Positions 37,465 to 47,252 of a DNA stretch of 50,493 bases are shown here, piece by piece. The first letter of the stretch is position 1. Every line of letters begins with the position of its first letter. The stretch is from a virus. Its lineage: Duplodnaviria > Caudoviricetes. The notes under the pieces were generated by a model that saw nothing but the letters and a program-made list of their open reading frames with translations, did no database searches and was not told the origin of the DNA. Location: positions 1 to 50,493 of IMG/VR virus record IMGVR_UViG_3300035661_000090; one strand, given 5' to 3'. The translations under genes and the position numbers were made by a program.

Positions 37465-39588
37465 ATGGCAACGATTACAATCGACGCAAGCGGCCAGGGG
37501 TTCAATATTGATTGCGTTGTCCCGTCGGTCTTTCGATACACAACCGACCCCAAAAAATACTTTCACCTGCCGAACGTTCGCGCGAGAAACATCGGAGCAC
37601 GCGAAGGGCTCAACCCAGGCACCGCCGAGTTTGAATATGTGTTTGATGATGACGCCGATGCACGTTTTCCTAACTCGATTGAGGACGTGATCCAGGCCAC
37701 GTCGGCGTCGCGTTACGTCGTGCGACCGGACGATCGAATCGTCGTTGGTTATTTCGACGGCAACGGTACCTTTCAAATCATGTTCGACGGGTTCGCGCAA
37801 ATCCCCGAAGTCATGCTCGGATCGGGCGAGCATGCGTCGTTTCAATGTATTGGTACGCCCGTGCGTTTGTGGGATACGCCGATCAGGAAGTCGACATATC
37901 GCGACGGGTCGAAAGCAACCGACCCGACCGCTTATCACAGCGTTGACTTGCGTGTTCACTTCAATCCGGACGGTAAACGGAATTGCTCGCCCGCTGCGCA
38001 TCAAAGCACGATCACCTATTCGAGCGGTCCCAATGCAAAAGTCGATAACTTCCTCGATCCCGGATCGGCGAGCGTCGAGGCGTGGACGATTGGTCGATCG
38101 GTCGTTTATCTCCTCGTGTGGCACAACGACGAAACGTATGTACAAAATCCTGATCTTGTGATCACGCAAATACTCCTTGACGCGTGGGAGCCAACAAACG
38201 GCAACGCAATCATCGATCCAGCCGACGCGTCAACCTATAAAAAGGTAGCGATAACCACTCCCGATTATGACGCCTCGTATAAACCGCTTGCCGAGGCAAT
38301 TTTCGATCTCATCTCGCCTCATGGGTATACGATAATTTGGCGATTGGAAGCGGACGACGAATCGTTCCCAACTTGGATCCTCGACATCGTTCGCACGAAC
38401 GAGTCAACGTCGACCGACGAAAAGTCGATAGCACTTCCGAAACGAGGCGAGAAATCGCTTGACCTTTCGACCGCTGCGACGAGCGACCTCAAAATTGCGT
38501 TCGACGCGTCGATGATTGTGAACGCCTATACGTCGTTGCCTGCGTTGACTCAATACGAGGCCACCTTTATTCTCGCCCCGTTATTTCGAATAGCAGCGGG
38601 CGACGTCGATGATTTAACGATCTATAAAACATCGGCCCCAGGATTCGACGCCGTTCGCAAAATGTATCGATGGTTTGGGCTTGATGAGCTTGGAGAAGGG
38701 CACTGGAACTTGTCGACCGCTGAGTGGGAAACGACACCGCCCGCGCTCAAGGATCTACTCGGTGGAAAGGACGGCAAAGGACAATTCGTCCAGCGATATC
38801 GAACGGGCAAGCGCAAGGTGCGATCACTCGATTCTACTCGGGAAAAAAATGATGCCCGATTATCATGGATTAGGAAAACAGATTACAGCGGAACGGTACC
38901 TGGGGTATGGGATGGATCAACGGACTTGTCGTTGTTTCACGCAATCAAGGGGGACTGGCGAATCGATGACGATCGCCTGGCGGTCTTGCTCGATTGCGAC
39001 GATCCGAGCGCGTTTTCGTTCGGCGATCACAAGGACCTTGATCGATCGGGCGTGATGTCGATCGTCGAATGGTTAAACGATCCTGCTAAGGCCTTTTACT
39101 TTGCCCTTACCACGATTATTGAGGGCGATGATATTCGCGAACAGGTCGCGGACCGACGACCGTCGTCGCCGTCTAATTTTGTGATCTCGCGAGTGCTCGA
39201 TTCAAAGCATCGTTACAAGCCGATTATCGTTTCCAAACGCGGAGAATATAACGTTGCCGCCGCCGATGCGTTGGGCGTCGCCGCGGCCGACGTCAACGCC
39301 GATGATTATGAGGCCGACTCGCTCGCCGATGCGTCAACGCATCGCTTTGCGACCGAGACCCCGCCCTATTCTGGGCCGATTTCTTTCCCGTACATCTCGC
39401 AGGCGTATAAGCTCGGCGATCGGATAAAATCGATTGAAGGCCGCGCGTTATCGTTTGCACCGTCGATCGGTAACGAGGTTCCGTCCTATCCTCGTGTCGT
39501 TGGTATTGAATGGGATTTTCAAACGCCGAAAACGACGATTCATCTCAGCGATCGACGAGTCGGAAAAGAGGGTTCCCATGGGCGTTGA
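37465..39588 (+). CDS. Tail tip / hub protein
   Basis: 707 aa after minor tail genes; YKLGDRI...VVGIEWDF..TTIHL ending. Confidence 0.7.
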   Translation: MATITIDASGQGFNIDCVVPSVFRYTTDPKKYFHLPNVRARNIGAREGLNPGTAEFEYVFDDDADARFPNSIEDVIQATSASRYVVRPDDRIVVGYFDGNGTFQIMFDGFAQIPEVMLGSGEHASFQCIGTPVRLWDTPIRKSTYRDGSKATDPTAYHSVDLRVHFNPDGKRNCSPAAHQSTITYSSGPNAKVDNFLDPGSASVEAWTIGRSVVYLLVWHNDETYVQNPDLVITQILLDAWEPTNGNAIIDPADASTYKKVAITTPDYDASYKPLAEAIFDLISPHGYTIIWRLEADDESFPTWILDIVRTNESTSTDEKSIALPKRGEKSLDLSTAATSDLKIAFDASMIVNAYTSLPALTQYEATFILAPLFRIAAGDVDDLTIYKTSAPGFDAVRKMYRWFGLDELGEGHWNLSTAEWETTPPALKDLLGGKDGKGQFVQRYRTGKRKVRSLDSTREKNDARLSWIRKTDYSGTVPGVWDGSTDLSLFHAIKGDWRIDDDRLAVLLDCDDPSAFSFGDHKDLDRSGVMSIVEWLNDPAKAFYFALTTIIEGDDIREQVADRRPSSPSNFVISRVLDSKHRYKPIIVSKRGEYNVAAADALGVAAADVNADDYEADSLADASTHRFATETPPYSGPISFPYISQAYKLGDRIKSIEGRALSFAPSIGNEVPSYPRVVGIEWDFQTPKTTIHLSDRRVGKEGSHGR

Positions 39589-39913
39589 CGACGAGCTAAT
39601 AAGAATGCGTGAACAGCTTGCGAGGATCGAGGCTCAATGCTTGGGCCTCGCCCGGTTCGGATCGTCGTCGAGCGGCAACCCGATTCGAGTCGGCATCACG
39701 TTCGCGCAAACGACATACCCGACCACCGCTCGGGCCGTTTACGCGCTGCACCCTTGCGACGTTGGCGGAGAGGAAAAGGAAGGGCGAGACGTCACGACGT
39801 CCCCAGGCAGTGCAATCGTTTTCGCGCTCAACATCGGCAACGGCATTCCCGCGATTGGTCAACCCGTTGAGTATTTCGCGATAGGTGCAAGGTTGGTGTT
39901 TCAGTATGGATGA
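39578..39913 (+). CDS. Tail tip accessory protein
   Basis: Overlaps the hub stop; resembles the N-terminus of the next gene. Confidence 0.65.
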   Translation: MGVDDELIRMREQLARIEAQCLGLARFGSSSSGNPIRVGITFAQTTYPTTARAVYALHPCDVGGEEKEGRDVTTSPGSAIVFALNIGNGIPAIGQPVEYFAIGARLVFQYG

Positions 39914-40658
39914 AATCATAACGACACGATTACGTATCGAACGAGTCGCGGCACTTGTCAACGAGCTTGCGCGATTTCGTTCGCGGAGCTCGTCGTCACG
40001 GGCTGAGATTGTGCAAGTATTCAATGCGGGTTCAATGGGTGTCGGCACACCCCGATACTATGCAACGCATCCCATCACGTTCGACGTCGCCGAACGCGAA
40101 GGAGCCGAGCCGGCTTTGAACGTCGGCACGAGGACGCTCGTCGTTGCGTTCCTCGGCGACAAGCAACCGAACGTCGGCGACCTCGCGATTGCGCACGGCG
40201 TCGGCTCGCGATGGGTTGCAACGAAGCGAAAAGGAATCGGAAGGACTGGACCTCATCCGTCGATTCCTGGATGCGTGTGCCGCGATATCCCAGCAACGTT
40301 ACACGTCGCCGTAAGCGGACCATGCCAGAACATTTTCAAGGCATGCACTTTGGAATGGGGAGCGACGCCGCCCGAATTTTCAGACTTCGAAATTGGGCCG
40401 AATTGTTTCCTTTCGTCCGATGCTTTTGTTGACGACTTTTCGTCGTTGTCATATCGATATATTCTCGGGTGCGATGGCGTATCGTTCACACTCTCGCGAT
40501 TGTTTCTCCCATCGACAGTAACGACCGCGTTTCGCGATTCGTCGGATTACCAATGGACAATCGGGCTCGTCGGCAACGTTTGCTCGCCGTTCCTTTTGTC
40601 GAACGGAACAATTTATCAAGGCGGCAATCCGGTGTGCAAGGTAATCATCACCGCATGA
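39906..40658 (+). CDS. Tail tip / receptor-binding candidate with Cys-rich C-terminal domain
   Basis: N-terminus similar to 39578..39913; multiple Cys after GCVCRDIP. Confidence 0.65.
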   Translation: MDEIITTRLRIERVAALVNELARFRSRSSSSRAEIVQVFNAGSMGVGTPRYYATHPITFDVAEREGAEPALNVGTRTLVVAFLGDKQPNVGDLAIAHGVGSRWVATKRKGIGRTGPHPSIPGCVCRDIPATLHVAVSGPCQNIFKACTLEWGATPPEFSDFEIGPNCFLSSDAFVDDFSSLSYRYILGCDGVSFTLSRLFLPSTVTTAFRDSSDYQWTIGLVGNVCSPFLLSNGTIYQGGNPVCKVIITA

Positions 40659-40945
40659 AATGCAATTCCTGTCCGTCGCTCAATCGCGAATGCCTGGGCG
40701 AGATTGCCCCGCATTTGTGCGACGACCCAGAGTATAGATCGACGCTCGCAACGATCGACCCGGCAACTTTTGAAACGACACGTGGCGAAAGAACGTTGCC
40801 GAAATTCGCCTCCGCAATCATCGCTTGCCCCCACCGGGAGACAAATTGCAACTGTCTGAGTAAGCCCGCCATATGCACGAAAGATAATATAATCGTGCAA
40901 TTATCAGATTGCCAAAACTGCGTTAGCTCGCGAGATGAGCGATGA
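40655..40945 (+). CDS. Small Cys-rich protein
   Basis: CNSC, C, C, CPH, CNC, C, CQNC; last gene before the terminator. Confidence 0.65.
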   Translation: MKCNSCPSLNRECLGEIAPHLCDDPEYRSTLATIDPATFETTRGERTLPKFASAIIACPHRETNCNCLSKPAICTKDNIIVQLSDCQNCVSSRDER

Positions 40946-40952
40946 TCTATTC

Positions 40953-40990
40953 AGCCCGTCTGTCCTTGATTGGATGGCGGGCTTTTTTTT
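40953..40990 (+). terminator. Terminator ending the structural operon
   Basis: AGCCCG...CGGGCT stem followed by a T8 run. Confidence 0.8.
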
Positions 40991-41041
40991 GTTTCGAAAC
41001 AGGCCGCCAAAAAAAAATCCAAGAAAATAATTACAGCCCTA

Positions 41042-41069
41042 TTTACTTCTGATTTAATACTGGTATAGT
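41042..41069 (+). promoter_or_regulatory. Sigma70-like promoter
   Basis: TTTACT-16bp-TATAGT with a TG extension and an upstream A-tract similar to the 5801 promoter. Confidence 0.65.
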
Positions 41070-41116
41070 TAGATTGTCGAGACGAGGAACACCAACCACA
41101 CGAACGGGGGCTGACA

Positions 41117-41548
41117 ATGGCAACGATTGACATGAATCAGGGCCAAGACGCCGAAGGCCGGACTTTCGGTTATGTATCAGGAGATGGCGGGGGGTACTTT
41201 TTCACCCACCGCGCAACGCGGTCAGAGACCATCGCGTCTATCGAAGTCGATCAGCGCGATGGCTGCGGAGGCCTGACGAGAGACGAGGCAATGGAGGCTC
41301 TGGACATTCACCTGGACCCGGAGCCAGAAAAGACGATCGAAGAAATAGCATCCGAGATCGCATCCGAAATCGTCCGAGACGTGCTGGGCGAAGACCTTCC
41401 GCGTGAGTGGACGGGCCTAGCCCCACAGTACGCCGATCGGCTCGAATCGCTGCTTAATGAGCACGGATACGATTCGGAGTCGGACGACTGGGGCCGAGCC
41501 AAGTCGCTCGTAAAATCGGCATATCTTGCCGAAATCGCCCTGGCTTAA
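41117..41548 (+). CDS. Acidic hypothetical early protein
   Basis: Follows the promoter; shared leader motif CACGAACGGGGGC. Confidence 0.8.
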   Translation: MATIDMNQGQDAEGRTFGYVSGDGGGYFFTHRATRSETIASIEVDQRDGCGGLTRDEAMEALDIHLDPEPEKTIEEIASEIASEIVRDVLGEDLPREWTGLAPQYADRLESLLNEHGYDSESDDWGRAKSLVKSAYLAEIALA

Positions 41549-41629
41549 CAAATTAACCGCTACCCGCCCCGCTTCGGCGGGGCCTTACTTCCCTTCACAT
41601 TCCCACACACGCACGAACGGGGGCAGACG

Positions 41630-41887
41630 ATGATCGACCCAGTTATGGACGGAACTTACGAAGGTATCCCAGTGCTGAATGAAAACGGCGAATGGGAAGG
41701 CCTAGCCATTCCTTCGGTATCCACTGATACGTTTTTCCGACGGCTCGCCGAAATCAAAGGCAGCCCGTTGACAGCCGAAGAAACCGAACGCGGTCAAAAG
41801 TTGAGCCGCAAAGGCTGGCTCTTGCGAAACATAGCGGACAAGCTTTTCGGCGTCGAACACACAAACAAAGCACTCGCCCCCAAGTGA
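41630..41887 (+). CDS. Hypothetical early protein
   Basis: Same leader motif as 41117. Confidence 0.75.
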   Translation: MIDPVMDGTYEGIPVLNENGEWEGLAIPSVSTDTFFRRLAEIKGSPLTAEETERGQKLSRKGWLLRNIADKLFGVEHTNKALAPK

Positions 41888-41893
41888 CAACAC

Positions 41894-42121
41894 ATGCCTA
41901 AACTCCCGAGCCTAGCCGTCCAGTCATCCCCCGCATGGCGTGCCGCTCTCGCCGATCTTCGCGCCGCCCTCGAATCCAGGGGGGCCAAGATCGGCAAGGG
42001 GGACGCCGCCCTTGTCGCTCACTGCGTTGCGATCGTCGCGAAATCGCACAAGATCCTCTTGCCGGATCGGTGCAAGCCCGTGGGCCGTCCGTGGCCTAGT
42101 AATACCGAGCTATCAGGGTGA
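41894..42121 (+). CDS. Small basic protein, possible DNA-binding regulator
   Basis: Ends ...KPVGRP; followed by a terminator. Confidence 0.55.
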   Translation: MPKLPSLAVQSSPAWRAALADLRAALESRGAKIGKGDAALVAHCVAIVAKSHKILLPDRCKPVGRPWPSNTELSG

Positions 42122-42175
42122 CTTGCCCATTATTGATCAACAATCGTTACAGATAAACAAGTGGCACAAACGACG

Positions 42176-42208
42176 ACGGCGATTCCTCACGGGGTCGCCG
42201 TTTTCTTA
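42176..42208 (+). terminator. Rho-independent terminator
   Basis: ACGGCGATTCC/GGGGTCGCCGT stem followed by TTTCTT. Confidence 0.65.
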
Positions 42209-42363
42209 TGCGCGTCGATAATCGACAAGATATAGCAGCGTTTTTTACTCGACAAAATTCGGTCGCGAAGTATTTCAAATCTCTAACGAGTCGCTATTAT
42301 TGATCACGTTGATCGTTTGCGTTATTCGATCGACGAAAATCGCGAAACCAAAAAGGGCAAACA

Positions 42364-42630
42364 ATGCAAGCGGTCAAGAAGGCTCCACAACGGAACGAAT
42401 TCGATCTGATGACGCTGAAACAATTTATTGCTTGCGAGAACGCCAAGAACCCGCCGACGCAGCGCAACGCGGTCGTGCTTGTCACGCTGCTTATCATGGC
42501 GGGAATCAAGCCCCGCCGATTCGGATCGATCTACATGCTCGATGCGGATGGCCAAGAGCAGATCAGGCGTCTCCTGAAAGTGTACGACGCAAAGCATGCC
42601 GACTTCCATGCGGCGGCGTTACCCCGATAA
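42364..42630 (+). CDS. Hypothetical protein
   Basis: First ORF of the replication block. Confidence 0.55.
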   Translation: MQAVKKAPQRNEFDLMTLKQFIACENAKNPPTQRNAVVLVTLLIMAGIKPRRFGSIYMLDADGQEQIRRLLKVYDAKHADFHAAALPR

Positions 42631-42694
42631 CATCGCTCCGAGCTTCGGTTGTTCCCCCGTTTATCATTCATTCATGCACGAGAATCGAGAAATC

Positions 42695-43426
42695 ATGAAC
42701 AGCGACGACAACAGCGGCCTGATCGACGCGCATCAACATATCTACGAAACGCTACGAAAGAAATTCGGCCCAGAGGAAATTGACGACACCGACGCAACGA
42801 GGCGACGAGTCAAATCTTCCGCGATTCGGGATCGGCTCGATTACACGCTCGGGCCTCTTCGGTATTCGTTCAACATTTTCCATTCGTACGGTATTTTCAC
42901 GACGGCGTTAACTTTGCATCTCCCATCGCTCGAATTGTACCCGGCATCGATTCAAGTCGCTCGATGCGGAATGGGATCGACCCCGGACGAGTCGTTCGCG
43001 GCTGCGGCCTACGAATTCGGTGTCGGCGACTATCTCACGCCGAATTGTTTCCCGTCACTCATGAACGGGGCACGACCCGCTGCGACGAGCCAACAAGAGC
43101 GTCAAGACGATCGCCGCGACGACAGACGGGAGAATCGCCGCGACGATCGCAGCCGCGAGCGAGACGACGAGCGAGACGATCGTAGGGACGATCGACCGCG
43201 AGGCGAAGGCGGATGCGTGCGGCTCGACTTACCCGAACGTCCGAAGGGCGGGTTCTGGGGCTTCCTGCAGGACATCGAAAAGGAATACGACATCAAAGCC
43301 GTTTCCATCGCAACGGGATGGGCGAAGAAAAACAAAATCGAAGGTCAGATTAAAGACTGGTCACGCGCTGATATGAAGCGTTGCCTTGCTCATCTCGAAT
43401 CCAAGATCAACGAAGGGAGCAACTGA
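42695..43426 (+). CDS. Rad52/Rad22 (Sak)-like single-strand annealing protein
   Basis: LRKKFGPEEI...IRDRLDYTLGP...FAAAAYEFGVGDYL resembles the Rad52-like core; DDRR-rich linker. Confidence 0.65.
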   Translation: MNSDDNSGLIDAHQHIYETLRKKFGPEEIDDTDATRRRVKSSAIRDRLDYTLGPLRYSFNIFHSYGIFTTALTLHLPSLELYPASIQVARCGMGSTPDESFAAAAYEFGVGDYLTPNCFPSLMNGARPAATSQQERQDDRRDDRRENRRDDRSRERDDERDDRRDDRPRGEGGCVRLDLPERPKGGFWGFLQDIEKEYDIKAVSIATGWAKKNKIEGQIKDWSRADMKRCLAHLESKINEGSN

Positions 43427-43427
43427 G

Positions 43428-44081
43428 ATGCCGCAGAAATGGAATTTTTCAACGTGCCTTCGGCTCGCAGAACCTCACATGTGCATAGCCGGTCGTGTGA
43501 GGCTACGAAACGAATTCGGGCGTCTTGAATTGTTGCCGCTGGACGAACCGTTCACCATGCAGCAAGCCATCAATTTATTCGGAGCGATCGAATCAATTGA
43601 TATGCTTAAATATACGATTGAGGATCGTTTCCACGCCGATATGTTCGCTTGGAGATATGCGGCGAGATTGTTGCGACAACTCGGCAAAGTCATCCCGCTC
43701 AATCATCCTGCCCACGAGTTGGTCGCTCAATCAATTCCTGAGGTGTTCAAACACCTCGCCGGCAAGATCGACGGCGAGCGATTTCGATATATGATTCTCT
43801 GCCCGCTCAACGCCGATGTTGTTCGCTTGTTGTCGCGATATTCGGTCGCGACAAATAAAATCGAGCGACAACTTCGGGCGGTTAATATCGCCTGGGGTTT
43901 AATGGCGACGCTTCCAACGCGTATCATTCAGGGACTCATGATTCAATTGCGCGATTCGACGGCACCGTCGAAAGACAAGCTAGCGATCAAGGCCGAGCTT
44001 GTCGCAATCCTCGACGGTCGAATGTCGGTCGACGAGCTTGAGATGCCTTATCTCGCCATGTCGCCGCAGACACAGGTTTAA
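43428..44081 (+). CDS. Hypothetical protein
   Basis: GGGAG RBS; 217 aa. Confidence 0.7.
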   Translation: MPQKWNFSTCLRLAEPHMCIAGRVRLRNEFGRLELLPLDEPFTMQQAINLFGAIESIDMLKYTIEDRFHADMFAWRYAARLLRQLGKVIPLNHPAHELVAQSIPEVFKHLAGKIDGERFRYMILCPLNADVVRLLSRYSVATNKIERQLRAVNIAWGLMATLPTRIIQGLMIQLRDSTAPSKDKLAIKAELVAILDGRMSVDELEMPYLAMSPQTQV

Positions 44082-44160
44082 CTACCCGCACGCATTTCGT
44101 TATGATGCGCGGGCTCGCATCCACGAGCCCGCCATCCCCCGAAGACACAACGAGGAAAAA

Positions 44161-45105
44161 ATGCGGCGAGACAATCAACTCCCGGATCATTATCGATTCG
44201 CAATCGTTCCCTTGTCGATCCTTCGCAACGAGGAGGCAAGCGATCGGGCTAAATTACTTTATTCGATTGTGATTGCCACGTCGTTTACCGACGGCGTTTG
44301 CGTGCTGTCAAACGCTCAACTCGGCGACCTAATTGGTGGGCGTCACTCGTCGCGAATCAGCGCTATATTGAGTGAGCTTGTTGATCTCAAATGGTTGACG
44401 ATCTCATATCGGTCGACGGACTCGGCAACTCGCGAGCTTATCCCGTTGGTGGTCGCTGCCGGAACGACTCATGCCGCCAGCCCCTCGCGAAAATGCGATA
44501 CCCCCCCTCGCGAAAATGCGATACCCCCCCTCGCGAAAATGCGATACCCCCCCTCGCGAAAATGCGATACCCCCCCTCGCGAAAATGCGATACCCCCACA
44601 CAATATAGAACGCGCCCGCGAATTAGATTTCGATTTAGATACGAAAGAACGAAAGAAAAATATATATCCGCTCGGTGCTTCGGAGCGATCGCCCAACGCA
44701 ATTGGATCCGAACGACTCGAAGCAATTCGCAAGGCGTGTTCACTTGCCGAGACGTTGCTACCGCTTCGGGATGATATCGTAAAAATCGTCCGCGAAAATT
44801 TCCTTCGACTCGACCCGCTTTGGTATCGTGTCGCAGTCATGCGATTGAGCGAGCAATCGCGAGAAAAACAAACCTCGGCCTATTTCAAAGGCATGTTGAA
44901 AAATATGCTCACGGCGGGCGGTCCGACCGCGAAAGATTTCGCCGACGAGGAATTGCTTTGGCTCGTGTCGTTGCCTGCGAACGAGCAAGCGGAAGTGCGA
45001 GAACGCAAAGCAGCGGCGACCGTAGCAACGCAAGCGTCCGCAATCGAGGCGGCGAAGAAACGCTCACGGGAATACGCGGAGAGTTTGAAAGGCGGAATCA
45101 AATGA
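44161..45105 (+). CDS. Replication initiator (lambda O-like layout: N-terminal wHTH, internal iterons)
   Basis: SDRAKLLY...SNAQLGDLIG..SSRISAILSELVDLKWL HTH; internal repeats followed by an AT-rich tract. Confidence 0.85.
   Translation: MRRDNQLPDHYRFAIVPLSILRNEEASDRAKLLYSIVIATSFTDGVCVLSNAQLGDLIGGRHSSRISAILSELVDLKWLTISYRSTDSATRELIPLVVAAGTTHAASPSRKCDTPPRENAIPPLAKMRYPPSRKCDTPPRENAIPPHNIERARELDFDLDTKERKKNIYPLGASERSPNAIGSERLEAIRKACSLAETLLPLRDDIVKIVRENFLRLDPLWYRVAVMRLSEQSREKQTSAYFKGMLKNMLTAGGPTAKDFADEELLWLVSLPANEQAEVRERKAAATVATQASAIEAAKKRSREYAESLKGGIK
44481..44597 (+). repeat. Five iterons with 23-bp period (C7-TCGCGAAAATGCGATA), putative replication origin
   Basis: Cores at 44485, 44508, 44531, 44554, 44577; AT-rich 44620-44670 follows. 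Confidence 0.9.
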
Positions 45106-45881
45106 GCGACGACGCAACGCCATCACGTTGGGCAAAACCGAAGGGCGTGGTTGATTGGTTTTGGAACTGGATCGCATTTCACCAATCAATCAATCGGCAC
45201 AAGGATTGGGTGACAGTCGAGGACGCAAACGCGGTGATATATTATCAAGGTTGGATCGACGAATTCGAGGTGATCCATCTCGACGAAAAAACAGCGGAAG
45301 CCATTAGTCGACAAATCCAGGTTTCAAAAACTCGCATTTATCCCGACAACACCGTCGCCGAGGTTCGGGAACGATACTTCGAACGCAAGCGAGTTGAACG
45401 AGCAAAGCTCGGAGCGACATCGCGTGACAATCTCAGCGGCGAGGAGTTGATCCATTCCGATAAGTCGTTCGGTTGTCCCGAATGTCAAAACGCGATAACA
45501 CGCTTGCCGTCGGGGTTCGCAATTCGCCGATTCAAACTTAATAACGACTTCCCACTATGCTTGAACGTCGCACTGTTTTGCCGATGCGCTTACGGGCGAT
45601 GGCGATCGAATCGCCACGTTAACAGATTTACGAATATCGTTGATTATCATGATTTACAAATGATAGTTGAGCTATGGGACGGCACGAAGGACCACGCGAC
45701 TTTCGACTTCCGTGACCCACCCGCCTCGCTTGCTCAATCATCGCGAACCGAATTCGGTCGATACCTCACGCCACGCGAGTGTGATGAGTACGAACACTCG
45801 CAGCGCAACGCGGACGAACGCCGCAAACGTCTCGCCTCGTCGGTTGTAATTCCGCTCGAAGATCACGAAATAACGCCGTAG
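45102..45881 (+). CDS. Hypothetical replication-associated protein (CPEC/CRC Zn motif), possible helicase loader
   Basis: ATGA overlap with the initiator. Function inferred from position only. Confidence 0.55.
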   Translation: MSDDATPSRWAKPKGVVDWFWNWIAFHQSINRHKDWVTVEDANAVIYYQGWIDEFEVIHLDEKTAEAISRQIQVSKTRIYPDNTVAEVRERYFERKRVERAKLGATSRDNLSGEELIHSDKSFGCPECQNAITRLPSGFAIRRFKLNNDFPLCLNVALFCRCAYGRWRSNRHVNRFTNIVDYHDLQMIVELWDGTKDHATFDFRDPPASLAQSSRTEFGRYLTPRECDEYEHSQRNADERRKRLASSVVIPLEDHEITP

Positions 45882-45992
45882 TATTTACTCGCGAGAATTG
45901 TTCGATAGGCGGTAGCAATAGGTTCTCGGATAGCGTAAGGTAGGAAAACGATAACGCGTCGCCGATATCATTTTTCAACACGAGGAGCGATT

Positions 45993-46907
45993 ATGGCTAA
46001 GCGGGATCCATTTGACGATGAACCTGAGAGCGGCGACGAGCCGAGCAAATCAGAAAGCGACAACGCAAGCGAATCGACAAACGAAGCGGCGAGCAAGCCG
46101 CCGAAGAAATCACGCAAGAAAAAACGCGAACCCGAACCCGAACCCGAGTCGGCAGTCGTCGCCGCGACTGAAGCGACGACCCCGAGCGACGCGTCCCAGG
46201 TCGACCCGCTTGCAATTGTGACCGCGAGCGATCCCAACACGAAACCTAAGGCGAGCGTCAAGCATGTTCCGACGATCGACAAAAACACGCAGAATCAAAT
46301 CGATTGGCTCAACGAGATTCGAGAGCAACAGAAAGTCGTTGAGGACGCGCGAGCAAGATCGGTGATTCAAAGTAAAGCAAGCAAAACAGCGAAGGCCGCG
46401 CTCAGTGACGAGGAGAATTTACTGCACGAAATAATTCATGGCAGCGATCGACCAATCCTCGCGCAGTCAGCAAGCCTTGCAACTCACCCCAAGCACGACG
46501 ACGACGATAACGACGACGACTCGCCAGCCGCTGGGTTGATGAGCGACGCAACGACGTCGAACGAATCGACAAGCGAAGCGGACGTCATCGGCGTTGTAGG
46601 CGAGACGGTCGAACTAGCTTCCGACCCCGACACGTGGCGACGAATTCGGCTCGATGCAATCGGGCTCAATCCTCGGCACTATACCGCGCTACGGAACAGC
46701 AATTTCCTATCGCTCGGACAGATCGAGGATTATCGGGCGACGTCGATGAGGCTCGACGACCTCAAAGGTGTATCAACCGAGGGAGCGAACGAGATCGAGG
46801 AGAAGATTCTCGACACGTTGCAAGCGTGGCGAGAATGCAAGATTGAGGTTGATGAATATTTCCCGCACGATTGGGTACCGCCGAAGGCAGAGGGAGGGAA
46901 CGTTTGA
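45993..46907 (+). CDS. Acidic protein with RNA polymerase alpha-CTD-like C-terminal domain
   Basis: LDAIGLNPRHYTALRNSNFLSLGQI...LDDLKGVSTEGANEIEEKI follows the alpha-CTD/HhH pattern. Confidence 0.65.
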   Translation: MAKRDPFDDEPESGDEPSKSESDNASESTNEAASKPPKKSRKKKREPEPEPESAVVAATEATTPSDASQVDPLAIVTASDPNTKPKASVKHVPTIDKNTQNQIDWLNEIREQQKVVEDARARSVIQSKASKTAKAALSDEENLLHEIIHGSDRPILAQSASLATHPKHDDDDNDDDSPAAGLMSDATTSNESTSEADVIGVVGETVELASDPDTWRRIRLDAIGLNPRHYTALRNSNFLSLGQIEDYRATSMRLDDLKGVSTEGANEIEEKILDTLQAWRECKIEVDEYFPHDWVPPKAEGGNV

Positions 46908-46915
46908 GCAAATCA

Positions 46916-47203
46916 ATGCAAATCGAAAAGCTGGAATTGCTCGCGAAATGGCTCGCAGCCCTTGCCAAGCCCGAGCGGTTGTCGATCGTCTGGCATCTGA
47001 AAACGTTCGGCGACGCGTCATCGGAGGTCCTTTCGAAGTACGTTACAAATCGAAAGGTACATCCCCACCTTGCGGTACTACTCGATTGCAAAGTGATCAC
47101 CAGAAAGGCAAACGGCAAACATCGATTCTACTCGTTGCAACAAGAGTTGAATGCGTCGCGATTGCTCGACATTGAAGACGTCGTTACGTTCGCGACGAAA
47201 TAA
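46916..47203 (+). CDS. ArsR/SmtB-like winged-HTH regulator
   Basis: ALAKPERLSIV..L...HLAVL....I.RK.NGKHRFYSL. Confidence 0.8.
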   Translation: MQIEKLELLAKWLAALAKPERLSIVWHLKTFGDASSEVLSKYVTNRKVHPHLAVLLDCKVITRKANGKHRFYSLQQELNASRLLDIEDVVTFATK

Positions 47204-47252
47204 ACGCCGCTCGATTTCAGTCTACTCCGAACCCCGATAGGAGCCTAAGGAA

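Noticed and set aside
42406-42421. Second CTGATGA...GAAAC hammerhead-like core
   Set aside because: Only 4 nt separate the motifs (no stem II), and it lies inside a coding region.
43100-43200. GACGATCG-rich repeats as a DNA element
   Set aside because: They encode the DDRR low-complexity linker of the annealing protein.
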